Positions 31,774 to 32,000 of a stretch of 32,000 nt of DNA are shown piece after piece. Source of the DNA: Burkholderia phage vB_BpP_HN04; sequence record PP100844.1. The stretch is one strand, 5' to 3'. The notes under the pieces are model-generated. The model saw nothing but the letters and a program-made list of their open reading frames with translations, had not been told where the DNA came from and did not search any database. Position numbers and translations under genes: made by a program. Every line of letters starts with the position of its first letter. Positions within the stretch are counted from its first letter, which is position 1.

Positions 31774-32000
31774 CAGACCCACCCCCCTTTGTTGAAACGG
31801 ATGTTCGTAGTCGACGAGGAAGTGGACACCAGATCCTTGTCGATCACGTCTTGGCAGATAGCCTCGTACATCGCAATGTGACTCTGTGCGATGCCTTGGG
31901 CTTCCTGCGTATTCTTGTTACTGTACAGCTTGTGGGCTACGTAGGCCAACAGTGCTTCCTCAAGCACGTCGGGGATCTCGATCTCTTGTTCGGTCTCGTC
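31773..32000 (-). CDS. 3' part of a neck/adaptor-like structural gene (5' end outside the window), N4 gp67-like by position
   Basis: The frame is open from the window edge (DETEQEIEIPDVLEEALLAYVAHKLYSNKNTQEAQG...NKGGWV). The VLEEALLAYVAHKLY segment resembles head-tail connector (gp6-like) helices. The GTG at 31967 in the ORF track is probably internal. Confidence 0.45.
   Translation of the reverse strand, partial: DETEQEIEIPDVLEEALLAYVAHKLYSNKNTQEAQGIAQSHIAMYEAICQDVIDKDLVSTSSSTTNIRFNKGGWV

Overview
This window is phage DNA with the gene order and hallmark proteins of an N4-like podovirus (Schitoviridae type). All calls come from reading the sequence and from remembered family motifs; no searches were run.

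Bases 1-1620 (+ strand) hold the end of a rightward replication/recombination module:
- the 3' end of an ORF with a helix-turn-helix tail
- a RuvC-fold resolvase
- a 263-aa SSB-like protein with a long disordered tail
- a 48-aa membrane peptide that falls below the ORF-track cutoff

A bidirectional hairpin terminator at 1623-1653 separates this module from about 30 kb of leftward (- strand) late genes. Listed by increasing coordinate, these are:
- a giant 3432-aa virion RNA polymerase carrying T7-like motifs T/DxxGR, A, B and C
- a free-standing HNH endonuclease ORF bracketed by an 18-19 nt direct repeat
- three virion or ejection-type proteins: 671 aa with a lysozyme-like motif, 150 aa Gly-rich, and 898 aa with a C-terminal transmembrane cluster
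- two smaller structural proteins
- a 401-aa major capsid protein, a scaffold-like acidic protein, a 120-aa protein and a 766-aa portal
- a complete Gram-negative lysis cassette: embedded i-/o-spanin pair, GH108 muramidase with a SAR-like N-terminus, and two small membrane proteins
- two small ORFs
- a receptor-binding module of two beta-helix tailspikes, a 106-aa protein and a short fibre
- the 3' part of a neck/adaptor-like gene

I saw no tRNA, no CRISPR array and no recognisable defence or anti-defence cassette. The many long + strand ORFs opposite the late genes are codon-bias shadows, not genes.

The points I find most unusual are:
- the HNH cassette sitting inside a duplicated half-terminator
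- an i-spanin reading frame that stays open 251 nt into the portal gene
- a paralogous anchor domain shared by one tailspike and the fibre, next to a third unrelated tailspike
- a duplicated PRxSLFA peptide motif in the SSB-like tail
- an HExxH motif in the C-terminal third of the virion polymerase
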